Shown here: positions 17,172 through 26,676 of the stretch, in pieces
How positions within the stretch are numbered: the first letter of the stretch is position 1
How the letters are laid out: every line of letters begins with the position of its first letter
Origin: an uncultured bacterium
Lineage (GTDB): Bacteria; Deinococcota; Deinococci; Deinococcales; Trueperaceae
NCBI GenBank assembly: GCA_964564405.1
Contig: CAZMCW010000004.1
Span: 1-35,061 of the forward strand
Length of the DNA stretch: 35,061 nucleotides
Direction of reading: 5' to 3'
The notes under the pieces: generated by a model
The model's input: only the letters and a program-made list of their open reading frames with translations
Databases searched by the model: none
What the model was told of the DNA's origin: nothing
Program-made: the position numbers and the translations under genes

Positions 17172-18905
17172 TCAAGGATTGAGTCGCAAAGGCTCACCAT
17201 AGCTGAAGCCATTGAGCGTGAGTGACACCGTAATGGGTCCAGCAATATCTGTCGTCCACTCTCCTTCAACCACGTCACCACCTTCAACCATGGCCCGGCT
17301 GAGCAAGATACTTTCGCCGTCTAAGCTGCTAGCCCGTACCTCGGCAATTTGAGCAGAAATGCCTTGCTCAACGTTCCAGCGGTAGCTAAACGTGCGCGGC
17401 TCGAGTGGGTTGATGCTAACGGCAACCTGCGGCACAGGAATAACTTCAGGTTGGGCGTTGATGGTAAGTTCCACGGTGCTGTTGGTGCTGTTGCTGTTGG
17501 GTTCAGGCGTTTGAAAGATAATCCCAGCAGGTAAGTTGGCGCGGCTCACGTAGCTAAATACCGGGTTGAGCCCCTGAGCGCGGGCTAACGTAATAGCCTC
17601 AGCTTCACTCATGCCAATAAAGTTGGCAAAGCCATCTTCGGCAATAACCTCACTTGCAGATGAAGCTACCAGCAACCGCACAGTTGCATCTGTTTTGAAC
17701 GGAACAAACGGTTTGTGATTTTGCTCGAGCACCGTGCCAACTTCAACACTAGCTTGCTGGCGGTCAATGACCAAGGGTGTTTCAATACCGGCAGCTAACA
17801 CAATGGCTCTTGCCGCGTCTTCAGATAGACCCCGCAAATCTGGAAGTACTGTCAATGCAGATGCTGGTCCAAGGCTGACAAGTACGTCTACGGTACTACC
17901 TTGGGGCAAGGTGGTTTGGCTCGAGCTAGCTTGGGCAATAATAGTGTCGGGCTGAATATCAGCATGGGTTTCTAGAAGACGGCCCAGTTCAAGCCCTTGT
18001 TGTTGCAAAGTTGTGCGTGCTTCATCTAGGCTTAAACCACGCAGTTCAGGTACCGTCTGGGGTGATAACTGCGCTGCTGGCAGGGCGTAGCGCAAGGTGA
18101 TTTCGCGTCCGGCCCGAAGTTGATTGCCAGCTATTGGGCGCGCTTCAATGACCTGCCCAGCAGGTTCGGTAGAGGGGACAGCCTCGAGCACAGTCTGCAA
18201 GCCTAGACTGTAAAGCTGGTCAGCAGCAGTATTAATTTGCTGACCGCGCAGTTCAGGAATAACTACCCAAGGTGCTTGCGTGCGTACAGCGGTAAGCAGT
18301 AATAGCACACCCAAACCACTTAGGGCAAAAGCAATGAGCCAGTCGAAGTTAGGGGTAATGTATTGCCAGCCCCGTTGCCACCAAGGTAAACGCCGTACAT
18401 GTCCTGTTTCTGCAGCACTACCAGCTTGCCAGCCTAAACCGTAGAGCATAAGGTCACCTGTGCGTTTGTCACGTCTTAACAGGGCGTCTGCTAGGTTGCG
18501 TTGATGTGCTGCCAACATGTCTTTGAGCGCTTCGTAACGTGCGCTTGTTAATTTGTCTCCCCCGGCTACAGGCTGGCTTGTTGTGTTGTCTGGTCGAGCC
18601 CACACAACATAGTGCGCGCCAGGCCGCGACACAACATCGTGCACAGCAGCAAGGCGCTTGCGCTTAAGCCCTTTAAGCAAGATGCGATAACGCTCAAACG
18701 CATCTTCTTGAGCAAGTGGCAACCGGTACCAGGTGATAGTCACCCACGTACCGTCAGATGTTTTGGCATCTAGTAACGTGCGCTGGCCGTCATAGACGTG
18801 TTCAGCGTAAACACGGTACTTACCGTCGATGAGACGGCTAGTTGCTTTGGCATCATCTTCAGGTGATGTTACTGGTGTAAGGGTAGGTGATGATTTAGAA
18901 ATCAC
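17172..18905 (-). CDS. Single-pass membrane protein with 4 extracytoplasmic PASTA repeats and a short degenerate kinase-like cytoplasmic head
   Basis: 577 aa with a TM helix (LIAFALSGLGVLLLLTAV). Four repeats of the PASTA pattern (PELRG..ea...L...GL). The N-terminal ~170 aa lack a Gly-loop and a VAIK Lys, and have HQRN and LYG where HRD and DFG would be. Confidence 0.75.
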   Translation of the reverse strand: MISKSSPTLTPVTSPEDDAKATSRLIDGKYRVYAEHVYDGQRTLLDAKTSDGTWVTITWYRLPLAQEDAFERYRILLKGLKRKRLAAVHDVVSRPGAHYVVWARPDNTTSQPVAGGDKLTSARYEALKDMLAAHQRNLADALLRRDKRTGDLMLYGLGWQAGSAAETGHVRRLPWWQRGWQYITPNFDWLIAFALSGLGVLLLLTAVRTQAPWVVIPELRGQQINTAADQLYSLGLQTVLEAVPSTEPAGQVIEARPIAGNQLRAGREITLRYALPAAQLSPQTVPELRGLSLDEARTTLQQQGLELGRLLETHADIQPDTIIAQASSSQTTLPQGSTVDVLVSLGPASALTVLPDLRGLSEDAARAIVLAAGIETPLVIDRQQASVEVGTVLEQNHKPFVPFKTDATVRLLVASSASEVIAEDGFANFIGMSEAEAITLARAQGLNPVFSYVSRANLPAGIIFQTPEPNSNSTNSTVELTINAQPEVIPVPQVAVSINPLEPRTFSYRWNVEQGISAQIAEVRASSLDGESILLSRAMVEGGDVVEGEWTTDIAGPITVSLTLNGFSYGEPLRLNP

Positions 18906-19461
18906 AAATCAAAGTTCCTCGAGGTTCACTGCTACAAAATTCTGATATAGCGTTAGCCGTAAGTATGGAGCTAGCTCCATGCTTACCGAACTAAGCGAGT
19001 ACCAATAGACCCGCTCCGTTTACAGACCAATGTTTATGCATATCGCTATATATGCAAATAAATTGAGTGTCTCAACAAACAAGATGCTATCTCTGAGATT
19101 ATCCGAAACAATCAAGAAGCGTGAATTCTGGGTATTTCAAGTGTCCCATTTGAGAACGTCTTTGGATTTTTAATGTTGGATGCTGATAGAAACGCATCAA
19201 TTTGGATGTGTTATACCAAGTCCAAAAAACACATCATCAATCCTTGTGGGATTTCCATCTGTCTGGCACGGACTTGATATCTGTTTCTACTCATGTCGCT
19301 CGGGTTGCTTTGTTACCAAAATAACCGAAAATAGTATTAGACAGTCTTTCTGAAAGACCATAGCAGACTCGCTTCAGTATTATGCGCTAATTATAGAGCA
19401 TGAGTATGAGACAGCTACCGTCACAGCCTGCAGATTGGGAGATGATGAAGTCTGATATAGA

Positions 19462-19558
19462 TAGCGTTTCCACGAGTAACCGCCACAAGCAGTTGCGCGT
19501 GCAATTCAGGGGAGTAGAAATCGACTTACTTAGTATGGGGGAACTAATCCCAAAACCA
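19462..19558 (+). repeat. Copy 3 of the dispersed repeat family (most decayed full-length copy)
   Basis: TAGCGTTTCCACGAGTAACCGCCACAAGCAGTTGCGCGTGCAATTCAGGGGAGTAGAAATCGACTTACTTAGTATGGGGGAACTAATCCCAAAACCAAT. Confidence 0.85.
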
Positions 19559-19579
19559 ATAAGATAATTTGAGATTGGT

Positions 19580-19622
19580 GACGCAAAACAAACATAAAAA
19601 ACGCGGGGGTTAGCCGCGTTTT
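19580..19622 (-). terminator. Rho-independent terminator of ftsH
   Basis: Minus strand: AAAACGCGG-ctaaccc-CCGCGTTTT followed by ttatgtttgtttt. It starts 14 nt after the ftsH stop. Confidence 0.8.
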
Positions 19623-19635
19623 AGATGCACTAAAA

Positions 19636-21630
19636 TTAACTGCTTGAGCCCGAAGGTTCTGGACGTGGGTCAATAGGCGGACTACTATAGCGCTCAGCTT
19701 CACGGCGCTTGGTTTCTTCGGCTGCGGCTGCACGCCTCGAGGCTTCCTCGAGCAGTCGTTCAGCTTCACCCATTTCACGGTTGATCATGTCGGCAATTTC
19801 TTCAGCACTAGCACCTTCTTGAGTGCGGTTAAACGCATTGCGAATAGCTTTCCCATCGAGGGTTTCGCGTTGCAAGAGCGCTAGCGAAATCCCTTCAACA
19901 GCAACCCAATGGCGGTCAATAAGTGCTTCGGTTTCTTGATAAGCTTCTTGCAAAATACGAGTCACTTCTTCTTCCAACTCGCGGGCAGTTTCTTCACTAA
20001 AGTCTTTGCGGCGGCTAATTTCGCCCCCTAAAAAGACCGGACCATCGTCTGACCCCCACGCAACGTACTCCTCGCCGCCCATGCCAAAATCTAGCACCAT
20101 GCGCTTGGCAAGTCCGGTGGCTTGTTTAAGGTCATTAGCAGCACCCGAAGAGATGGTGTCGGTAAGGCGTTTTTCGGCGACGCGCCCACCAAAAGCAACA
20201 ATGATTTGCTGCCTAAAGCGTTCTAGGTTGGAAAACATTTCTTCTTTTGAAAGTGGTGCCATATGCCCGCCAGCGCCGCCGCGCGGCATGATGGTCACCT
20301 TGCGGATTTCACCGAGGTTGGCATGAGCAGCAAACGCAACCGCGTGCCCCGCTTCGTGATACGCCAAAATTTTGCGTTCTTCTTCGCTCGGTACCAAACT
20401 GCCGCGCCTAAGCCCCAACACAATGCGGTCAAGGGCTTCGTTAAAGTCTTGTTTAGAGATGATGTTTTTGCTGGTGCGCGCTGCAACTAGAGCAGCTTCA
20501 TTGGTAAGGTTTTCAAGGTCGGCACCTGAAAACATTGGGGTAGCGCTAGCTAGTTCTTCTATGTCAATGTCATCAGCAATGGGTTTGTTTCGTACATGCA
20601 CGCGCAAGATTTGTTCGCGCTCACGGTGGGTTGGTAGCCCAATAGTGACTTGACGGTCAAAGCGACCAGGACGTAAGAGTGCTGGGTCAAGAATATCGGG
20701 TCGGTTGGTTGCGGCAATAATAATCACCGAGGTGTCTTTTTCAAAACCGTCCATCTCGGACAAAATTTGGTTGAGGGTTTGCTCGCGCTCATCGTGCCCA
20801 CCGCCAATACCTGCTCCACGCCGCCTGCCGATGGAGTCAAGCTCATCAATAAAAATAATCGCTGGCGACGACTTGCGGGCTTCTTCGAAAAGGTTGCGCA
20901 CGCGGCTAGCACCCACACCTACAAACATCTCCATAAATTCAGACGCGCTAACCGTTAAAAAGGGCACACCAGCCTCACCAGCTACAGCTCTGGCTAGCAA
21001 AGTTTTACCCGTTCCGGGCGGCCCTACCAATAACATGCCTTTAGGGATTTCGGCACCAATACGGAGGTATTTTTGAGGGTTTTTGAGAAAATCCACAACC
21101 TCTTTAAGTTCTTGCTTGGCTTCTTCGTGACCGGCAACGTCTTCAAAGGTGGTACCCACTTTGTTTTCTTTACCGTAGGTTTTGGCGCGTGATTGACCAA
21201 ATTGCATGACTTGGCTCGAGCCACCTTGGGCGCGCATGAAAATAAACCAGAAAAAGCCAATTAGAATCACAATAGGCAAAATAGAAAAGATAATCCCTAA
21301 CCACGGTGAAGGGTTTTGACCGATAACCTCAACGTTGTTTTCACGTAACAGCGAAATGAGGTCAGGATCGTCAACAGGTACGGTGCGGAAATTGCGAATA
21401 GCCCGAATCTGGCCGTCAATTTCTACCTGTGTTTCATTAAACAGTTCACCCTGAATGCTGCTACCGTCTTCAATGATAACGGCGCGTACGCGTCCTTCAC
21501 GAACCAGTTCTTCCGTGAAGGTAGAGTAGGGAATTTCCCGACTGGGTGTGTTGGAATTAAATTGATTAAACATAAAAATGCCCAAAATGATGAGCATAAC
21601 TAGTATCCAGGGATTAAATGATCGTTTCAC
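19636..21630 (-). CDS. ftsH: ATP-dependent zinc metalloprotease FtsH
   Basis: 664 aa with Walker A (GPPGTGKT), Walker B (IIFIDELD), the SRH region, and the HEAGH zinc motif. Confidence 0.95.
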   Translation of the reverse strand: MKRSFNPWILVMLIILGIFMFNQFNSNTPSREIPYSTFTEELVREGRVRAVIIEDGSSIQGELFNETQVEIDGQIRAIRNFRTVPVDDPDLISLLRENNVEVIGQNPSPWLGIIFSILPIVILIGFFWFIFMRAQGGSSQVMQFGQSRAKTYGKENKVGTTFEDVAGHEEAKQELKEVVDFLKNPQKYLRIGAEIPKGMLLVGPPGTGKTLLARAVAGEAGVPFLTVSASEFMEMFVGVGASRVRNLFEEARKSSPAIIFIDELDSIGRRRGAGIGGGHDEREQTLNQILSEMDGFEKDTSVIIIAATNRPDILDPALLRPGRFDRQVTIGLPTHREREQILRVHVRNKPIADDIDIEELASATPMFSGADLENLTNEAALVAARTSKNIISKQDFNEALDRIVLGLRRGSLVPSEEERKILAYHEAGHAVAFAAHANLGEIRKVTIMPRGGAGGHMAPLSKEEMFSNLERFRQQIIVAFGGRVAEKRLTDTISSGAANDLKQATGLAKRMVLDFGMGGEEYVAWGSDDGPVFLGGEISRRKDFSEETARELEEEVTRILQEAYQETEALIDRHWVAVEGISLALLQRETLDGKAIRNAFNRTQEGASAEEIADMINREMGEAERLLEEASRRAAAAEETKRREAERYSSPPIDPRPEPSGSSS

Positions 21631-21948
21631 AAGTCCTCCAAGCGGCTAAACGCACGCGCATTACCATACTCGTGTGGCAAAAATATCAATCATGCTAGCA
21701 CTTGCCCGAATCCTGCTGCTGTAAGCTAAGGGACGAATAGGACAGTACCTTAAAATGAGTTTATGAGCGCATTAAGCACACGCGCAGCTATTATGTATAG
21801 GGGTGACTATACGCATTCTGACATGATGCTAGTACATATTTGTAAACTGAGCGTGGATGTTTGCATTGTATTTAGCTGAGATTGCGTGAAACTAGTAGTT
21901 GGACATGAGAGCTGGTTAATCGCAGCGTTAAGGTTAAGCGCTTTGGGA

Positions 21949-22956
21949 TTAAGGTGAACTAGCTGCCTCGAGCAAGTCGTTTGTAAACAACGCAGACACA
22001 TCTAGATCACGTACAACCTCGCCATTAGCATTAGTAAATACACCTGCCTCGAGCAATAACCTAGGATATCCCTCCCATAACGCCGGGTCTTGGTAACCCC
22101 AAGGTTGAGACAAGGTCAGGTAGTAATTAGCAGCAAAAAGCTGGGAGGCGTTGACGAGTTCAGGGTTAGGAAACGTTCCTGGCGGCGTGCCTTCAATGAG
22201 GAGCTGGGCGGCTTCTGGGGGATTATCAGCAGCAAACATGTAACCCCGAGCAGTGGCTGCCAAAAACGCTTGCAAGGACTCAGGGGAAGCCTCAATTAAC
22301 GCAGGACTGCTGGCAAGGACAGGAGTGTAGTAGTCGGGCAAACCGTAATCAGTGAAGTTAAAGAGCCGCAGCTCAATATTCTCGAGCTCTGCTTGCACGC
22401 CCTGCACACCCTCAAAAATCCACACGATGTCGGCCGCACCCGAAAGTAACGCTTCAAAGCCAGACACGCTTAAAAGTGCGCTGTTGACGGTGCCTGCGCT
22501 GCCATCTGCTTGAATCAGTGTTTCTAAAATAGGCGTTTCATAAGCTGCCCCAAAGGCGGCATAGGTTTTGCCAGCAAAGTCGGCTGGGCGCATAATGTCA
22601 CTGTCTGCCAGTACCGCAAACGCAGCGGTGTTGGTGTGCATAAGCGTGGCAATCGACACAACTGGGTCGCCAGCGGCAGCCGCAGCCAAGACATTTTCAG
22701 TGCTCGAGACAGCCACATCTGCCCGTCCAGAACTGACCACAATTTCGGGAGCAACACCGCTGTAAGGCAAAATTTCTAAATTGATGCCAACCTCTTCATA
22801 CCAGCCTTGGGCATCTGCAACGTAAATTCCCGTGTGATGAGTGTTTGGTAGCCAGTCGAGTGCAAGGCGGATAGTCTCGAGGTCATCCTGTGCGTGCACA
22901 AGTGAACCGATGACGACAAGACTGAGTACTGCAATGAGGTTACGCTTGACGTTCAT
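21949..22956 (-). CDS. ABC substrate-binding protein, NMT1/THI5-like (ThiY-like pyrimidine-precursor binding protein)
   Basis: LDWLPNTHHTGIYVADAQGWYEE is the NMT1/THI5 signature. The start is taken at the internal ATG 22956 (MNVKRNLIAVLSLVV signal peptide, AAGGAA upstream) rather than the ORF-track start at 23022. Confidence 0.8.
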   Translation of the reverse strand: MNVKRNLIAVLSLVVIGSLVHAQDDLETIRLALDWLPNTHHTGIYVADAQGWYEEVGINLEILPYSGVAPEIVVSSGRADVAVSSTENVLAAAAAGDPVVSIATLMHTNTAAFAVLADSDIMRPADFAGKTYAAFGAAYETPILETLIQADGSAGTVNSALLSVSGFEALLSGAADIVWIFEGVQGVQAELENIELRLFNFTDYGLPDYYTPVLASSPALIEASPESLQAFLAATARGYMFAADNPPEAAQLLIEGTPPGTFPNPELVNASQLFAANYYLTLSQPWGYQDPALWEGYPRLLLEAGVFTNANGEVVRDLDVSALFTNDLLEAASSP

Positions 22957-23107
22957 AAAATTCCTTTCTGAATGTTGATCTTGGTTTGTGATAGCTGCTG
23001 ATGGCGGGTAAATAAATATCATTAGCGTGACAGAACTTAGCTTGAGGTTGCTATTAAATGAAAGTATCTGGCTTAAAGGCTATTTCTTGATATATGTTAA
23101 TTTCTGA

Positions 23108-23204
23108 AGCCTTTCCACGAGTAGCTGCCACAGGCAGTTGCGCGTGCGACCTAGGGGAGTAGAAAGCGACCCACTTAGTGCGGGGAACTTATCCTGGAAC
23201 TACT
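23108..23204 (+). repeat. Copy 4 of the dispersed repeat family, inside the thi-salvage operon and antisense to it
   Basis: AGCCTTTCCACGAGTAGCTGCCACAGGCAGTTGCGCGTGCGACCTAGGGGAGTAGAAAGCGACCCACTTAGTGCGGGGAACTTATCCTGGAACTACTA. Confidence 0.92.
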
Positions 23205-23274
23205 ACTGACGAGATAGATAGTGATAGTGTTGTAACTCACATGCTCGAGCATCCTAAACGTTGCTTGGATAAGG

Positions 23275-24090
23275 TCACTCATACCAGCGCGTAAAAATGC
23301 GTTCCAAGAAACTCACCAACGCAAAAAGCGCAAAACTGGTCATGCTAGTCACCACAATGGCTGCAAAGATAAGTGGCGTGGCCCTGGCGTTAGCGGCACT
23401 TTGAATGAGAATGCCCAAGCCTGCAAAGCCACCTACATATTCAGCAAAAATAGCTGCTGTGACACTGTACGTCACCGCGATTTTGAGCCCTGAAAAGATG
23501 CTCGGTAGAGCCGCCGGAAAGCGTACCAAGCGCAGCATTTGCCAGTAACTTGCGCCCATGGACCGAAAAACTTTGAGTAGCGCGGGGTCGTGTTGGCTGA
23601 GGCCGTCTACGCTAGCCACCACCATAGGAAAAAAGCAAAATAGTGCCACTAACAGCACTTTGGGCAGTAGCCCGAAGCCAAACCAAACCAACATAAGCGG
23701 GGCAAGGGCAACAATAGGAATCGTCTGGGAGGCCACCAGCCACGGATAAAGCGCGCGCCGCAACCAGTGTGATGCATCGATAACGAGCGCTAGCACAAAC
23801 GCACTGACGATGGCAAGACTAAACCCGAGAGCCGTCTCGAGCAAGGTCATGCGGGTGTGATGCACCAGCACGGGAAACTCGCGTACAAGGGTACGACCAA
23901 CGCGCCACGGCGAGGGTAACACCGTCACCGGAACCTCAGCTTGTTGGCTGTAAAGTTGCCACAGCAACATGACAACCATCCCAAAAAGTAGCGCGGGTAC
24001 GCTGCGGGCAAGTGGGGCTAAGATTGGGTTGGGGTTGCTCGTAGGCGTAAGCGGCTGGCTAGAACTAGATGTTGCATGAGATGTGGCCAT
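23275..24090 (-). CDS. ABC transporter permease (nitrate/sulfonate/ThiX-like family)
   Basis: 271-aa polytopic ORF. Its start overlaps the stop of the upstream ATPase (ATGA-type coupling at 24090). Confidence 0.85.
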   Translation of the reverse strand: MATSHATSSSSQPLTPTSNPNPILAPLARSVPALLFGMVVMLLWQLYSQQAEVPVTVLPSPWRVGRTLVREFPVLVHHTRMTLLETALGFSLAIVSAFVLALVIDASHWLRRALYPWLVASQTIPIVALAPLMLVWFGFGLLPKVLLVALFCFFPMVVASVDGLSQHDPALLKVFRSMGASYWQMLRLVRFPAALPSIFSGLKIAVTYSVTAAIFAEYVGGFAGLGILIQSAANARATPLIFAAIVVTSMTSFALFALVSFLERIFTRWYE

Positions 24091-24926
24091 CAGCCTGAAC
24101 CTGATTCTGCAGCCAGCAGGTGGGTGAGGAGGTGGTGCTCGAGCTGCTGCATAGCTGCGTCATGCAAGTGGGCAGGGTCTCTGGGGCGTTCAGCGAGGGG
24201 TACGTCGTAAACAGCAGTCACCGCCGCTGGGCGTGCGCTGAGCACCACAATGCGGTCAGAGAGTAACAGCGCTTCACGAATGTCGTGCGTAATCATCACC
24301 GTGGTTGCACCTAGGTCATTAATGGTACGGCTAAGCCACTGTTGCAAGCTAAGGCGGTTGAGGGCGTCAAGGGCACTTAAAGGTTCATCTAAGAGTAGCA
24401 AGGTGCGGCTTACCATGACGGTACGAGCTAGGGCAACGCGTTGGCGCATACCGCCAGAAAGTTGGGCGGGGAACGCGCGTGCTACATCTGCCAAACCAAA
24501 CGCCGTGAGGTGCTTATAGGCCATCTTCTTCGCCTCAGCTTTATTCATGTGCTGAATTTGTGCGCCTAGCAGCACATTGGCAAGCACGGTGCGCCACGGT
24601 AGCAAGCAGTCGCGTTGCGGCATGTAGCCGGCAAAGCCCAGCGGTGGGAGCGGTTGACCGTCTAGCAACACGCACCCAGATGTTGGGCTGAGCAGGCCTG
24701 CGAGGTGCTCGAGCAAGGTACTTTTACCCGCGCCACTGGGACCCAAAATACTCGTAAACGTCCCTGCTGGAAACTCGAGAGAGATGCCGTCTAAAACAAG
24801 CCCACGCGTGTCGTGTGGTGTGTAGCTGTAGCTGAGGTTATCAAGCTTGATGTCAGGCGCAGTCACAGACTTAGCTCGAGAGGATGTTTTGACAGGTGAT
24901 TTTCTAACAGATGATGTATGCAGCAT
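24090..24926 (-). CDS. ABC transporter ATP-binding protein (ThiZ-like)
   Basis: 278 aa with Walker A (GPSGAGKST), the signature LSGGMRQR, and Walker B (LLLLDEP). Confidence 0.9.
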   Translation of the reverse strand: MLHTSSVRKSPVKTSSRAKSVTAPDIKLDNLSYSYTPHDTRGLVLDGISLEFPAGTFTSILGPSGAGKSTLLEHLAGLLSPTSGCVLLDGQPLPPLGFAGYMPQRDCLLPWRTVLANVLLGAQIQHMNKAEAKKMAYKHLTAFGLADVARAFPAQLSGGMRQRVALARTVMVSRTLLLLDEPLSALDALNRLSLQQWLSRTINDLGATTVMITHDIREALLLSDRIVVLSARPAAVTAVYDVPLAERPRDPAHLHDAAMQQLEHHLLTHLLAAESGSG

Positions 24927-24931
24927 CTCAG

Positions 24932-25654
24932 CTAACCTGAAAACACGTGCGGATGGGCTAGCACCGTGTCATAAAACAGCAGCTCACAGTCGTAACACAA
25001 CTTCAGGGCAGTAAACGCAGCATTCCGCTCAGCCTCGGTTGTGACAAGCTGCGCTAGCAAGTCGTTGATGGCGTGTTCAGCGGGCTCGAGCACCTCATGA
25101 AAGCTAAAAAACACCAGCTCGTCGTCGCTAAAGCCGTAAACCTCTTTAAGCGGCTGCTCAATGCGCCCACAGATTTCTAAAAAGATGGTTTCGCTGGCGC
25201 TGAGTGCGGCTACAACCTCTACAAACGAACCGCGTGCCAGCTGATAATAAAACTGGGTCGTGAGGGCCGTACAACCTGCTAGCGGCTCGAGGCTGTCAAA
25301 GTCAGCATCCGTAAGCGCAAGTGCTTTGCCAAACGCTTTAAGACTATCCAGTGCATCTGCTTTGGGCGTGAGTTTACGAATCAGGTAGTCGGCGCTGACC
25401 GCGTCCGGTGCTTTGGCGATCGCGAGGCCATCTAAGCGGTGAATCTCACCGATGAGCCAAGCATCTTGCAAGGCAAACGTAGCAAGTTGGGCACGGCTAG
25501 TTGTACCTGAAATAAGCCCATACCAAAGTGGGTGATTAAGTAGCTCATCGCGCTTTTTATCCAGCACATCGCGTTGGATAGCTGTCAAGACGCCATCTGC
25601 AAAGCTTGCACCTAAATCTTGACCATAGCGTGCAGCAGGTGTCGGATTGGCCAT
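24932..25654 (-). CDS. TenA/heme-oxygenase-like family protein (thiaminase II-like)
   Basis: 240-aa all-helical ORF and the first gene behind a TPP riboswitch. FALQDAWLIGE resembles the TenA Y..QD..Y/F region. The family call is moderate. Confidence 0.6.
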   Translation of the reverse strand: MANPTPAARYGQDLGASFADGVLTAIQRDVLDKKRDELLNHPLWYGLISGTTSRAQLATFALQDAWLIGEIHRLDGLAIAKAPDAVSADYLIRKLTPKADALDSLKAFGKALALTDADFDSLEPLAGCTALTTQFYYQLARGSFVEVVAALSASETIFLEICGRIEQPLKEVYGFSDDELVFFSFHEVLEPAEHAINDLLAQLVTTEAERNAAFTALKLCYDCELLFYDTVLAHPHVFSG

Positions 25655-25660
25655 AAAAAA

Positions 25661-25696
25661 CTCCTTTCAACAACATTTAACTGCGTCAAAAGGAGG
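25661..25696 (-). promoter_or_regulatory. SD-sequestering hairpin (expression platform of the TPP riboswitch)
   Basis: Minus strand: CCTCCTTTT-gacgcagttaaatgttgttg-AAAGGAG-tttttt-ATG. The anti-SD is complementary to the SD of the tenA-like gene. Confidence 0.6.
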
Positions 25697-25757
25697 ATCG
25701 GAGCTATTGAGTGAATGCGGTTTTGGGCAGATAGTAGAACTGCTTAGTGTTAAACCG

Positions 25758-25848
25758 GCTGTCACGCTCCCTACGCTGGTGCTAACCAGGTCAGGTTCCT
25801 AGGGTTGGGCGGTCGCCCTCTCAGCTTATCTGCACCCCTGATGACGTT
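25758..25848 (-). promoter_or_regulatory. TPP (THI-box) riboswitch
   Basis: Minus strand: GTCATCAGGGGTGCAGATAAGCTGAGAGGGCGACCGCCCAACCCTAGGAACCTGACCTGGTTAGCACCAGCGTAGGGAGCGTGAC. It contains the canonical GGGGTGC, CTGAGA, ACCC, GAACCTGA-CTGG and CCAGCGTAGGGA blocks, and a P1 stem GTCAT/GTGAC. Confidence 0.9.
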
Positions 25849-25885
25849 ATATTTTAAGTTTATGCTTTTGTCAACACAATGTCAG
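25846..25885 (-). promoter_or_regulatory. Two overlapping sigma70-like promoter candidates upstream of the riboswitch
   Basis: (a) TTGACA (25869-25874), 17 nt, TATAAC (25846-25851). The -10 abuts the P1 strand, so the transcription start would cut into P1. (b) CTGACA (25880-25885), 17 nt, TAAACT (25857-25862). This one leaves P1 intact. Confidence 0.4.
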
Positions 25886-26175
25886 CACACGTGCCTACAA
25901 ATGGTGGGATTGCGCGATGCTGTTGTAGATGCTTGAGGTTTAATATTGCCTTTTAGAAAGGGTGAAGGGGTGAAAGGAGATGGGGAGATGTTATCAGACG
26001 GCGCACTACTGCTTCATGCAGGATGACTCTTGTGAGGCTCAGGTGGTTCAACATCTAAATTTATAGAATGTAATGGCATCATTTAACAATCTCAAAGGTA
26101 AGCATAGCAATAGCATCCAAAACTAGGCTGATGTTTCCAGTTTATGCCTGCTTGACATCTAAAGATGACAACGTC

Positions 26176-26646
26176 TTACACAAGTTTATTTTGACTCACA
26201 ATAATGCCATCTTCATCGGCATAAACATACTCTCCTGGCCGCCAAATCACGCCACCAAACCCGAGGATGCCATCGCGCGTGCCGTCACCACGTTTGAAGC
26301 TCTTTTTCGGGCAGGGCGCTAAGGCAAGCACGCCCACGTCAAGCTTACCGAGTTCAACGGTATCGCGCACCGCCGCGTTGATGATGACGCCTGGAATACC
26401 CCGTGTAGTGGCAATTTTTCCTAAGCGGTCACCCATGAGCGCGACCCGAGTTGAGCCGCCACCATCAACCACAATAACCGTGCCAGCGGGGACGGACTCG
26501 AGCGCCTCCAAATAAAGCACATTATCTTCATAGACCTGCACTGTGGCAATAGGCCCACTAAAACTTGCCCGTCCACCAAAGTTACGAAACAAGGGCGCAC
26601 AAACTTGTACATCGTGAGCATCACATAAATCGGCTGTTTGGAACAT
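26176..26646 (-). CDS. rraA: RraA family protein (RNase E regulator / HMG-CHA aldolase family)
   Basis: 156 aa. MFQTADLCDA...VVDGGGS...ALMGDRL...GVIINAAVRD follows the RraA family pattern. Confidence 0.85.
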   Translation of the reverse strand: MFQTADLCDAHDVQVCAPLFRNFGGRASFSGPIATVQVYEDNVLYLEALESVPAGTVIVVDGGGSTRVALMGDRLGKIATTRGIPGVIINAAVRDTVELGKLDVGVLALAPCPKKSFKRGDGTRDGILGFGGVIWRPGEYVYADEDGIIVSQNKLV

Positions 26647-26676
26647 GCTGCAAGTCTACCTGTGCAAGCTAGCTGC

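Noticed and set aside
20006-21260. Multiple 60-120-aa ORFs on both strands inside ftsH.
   Set aside because: They lie entirely within a full-length, motif-complete FtsH CDS and are shadow ORFs.
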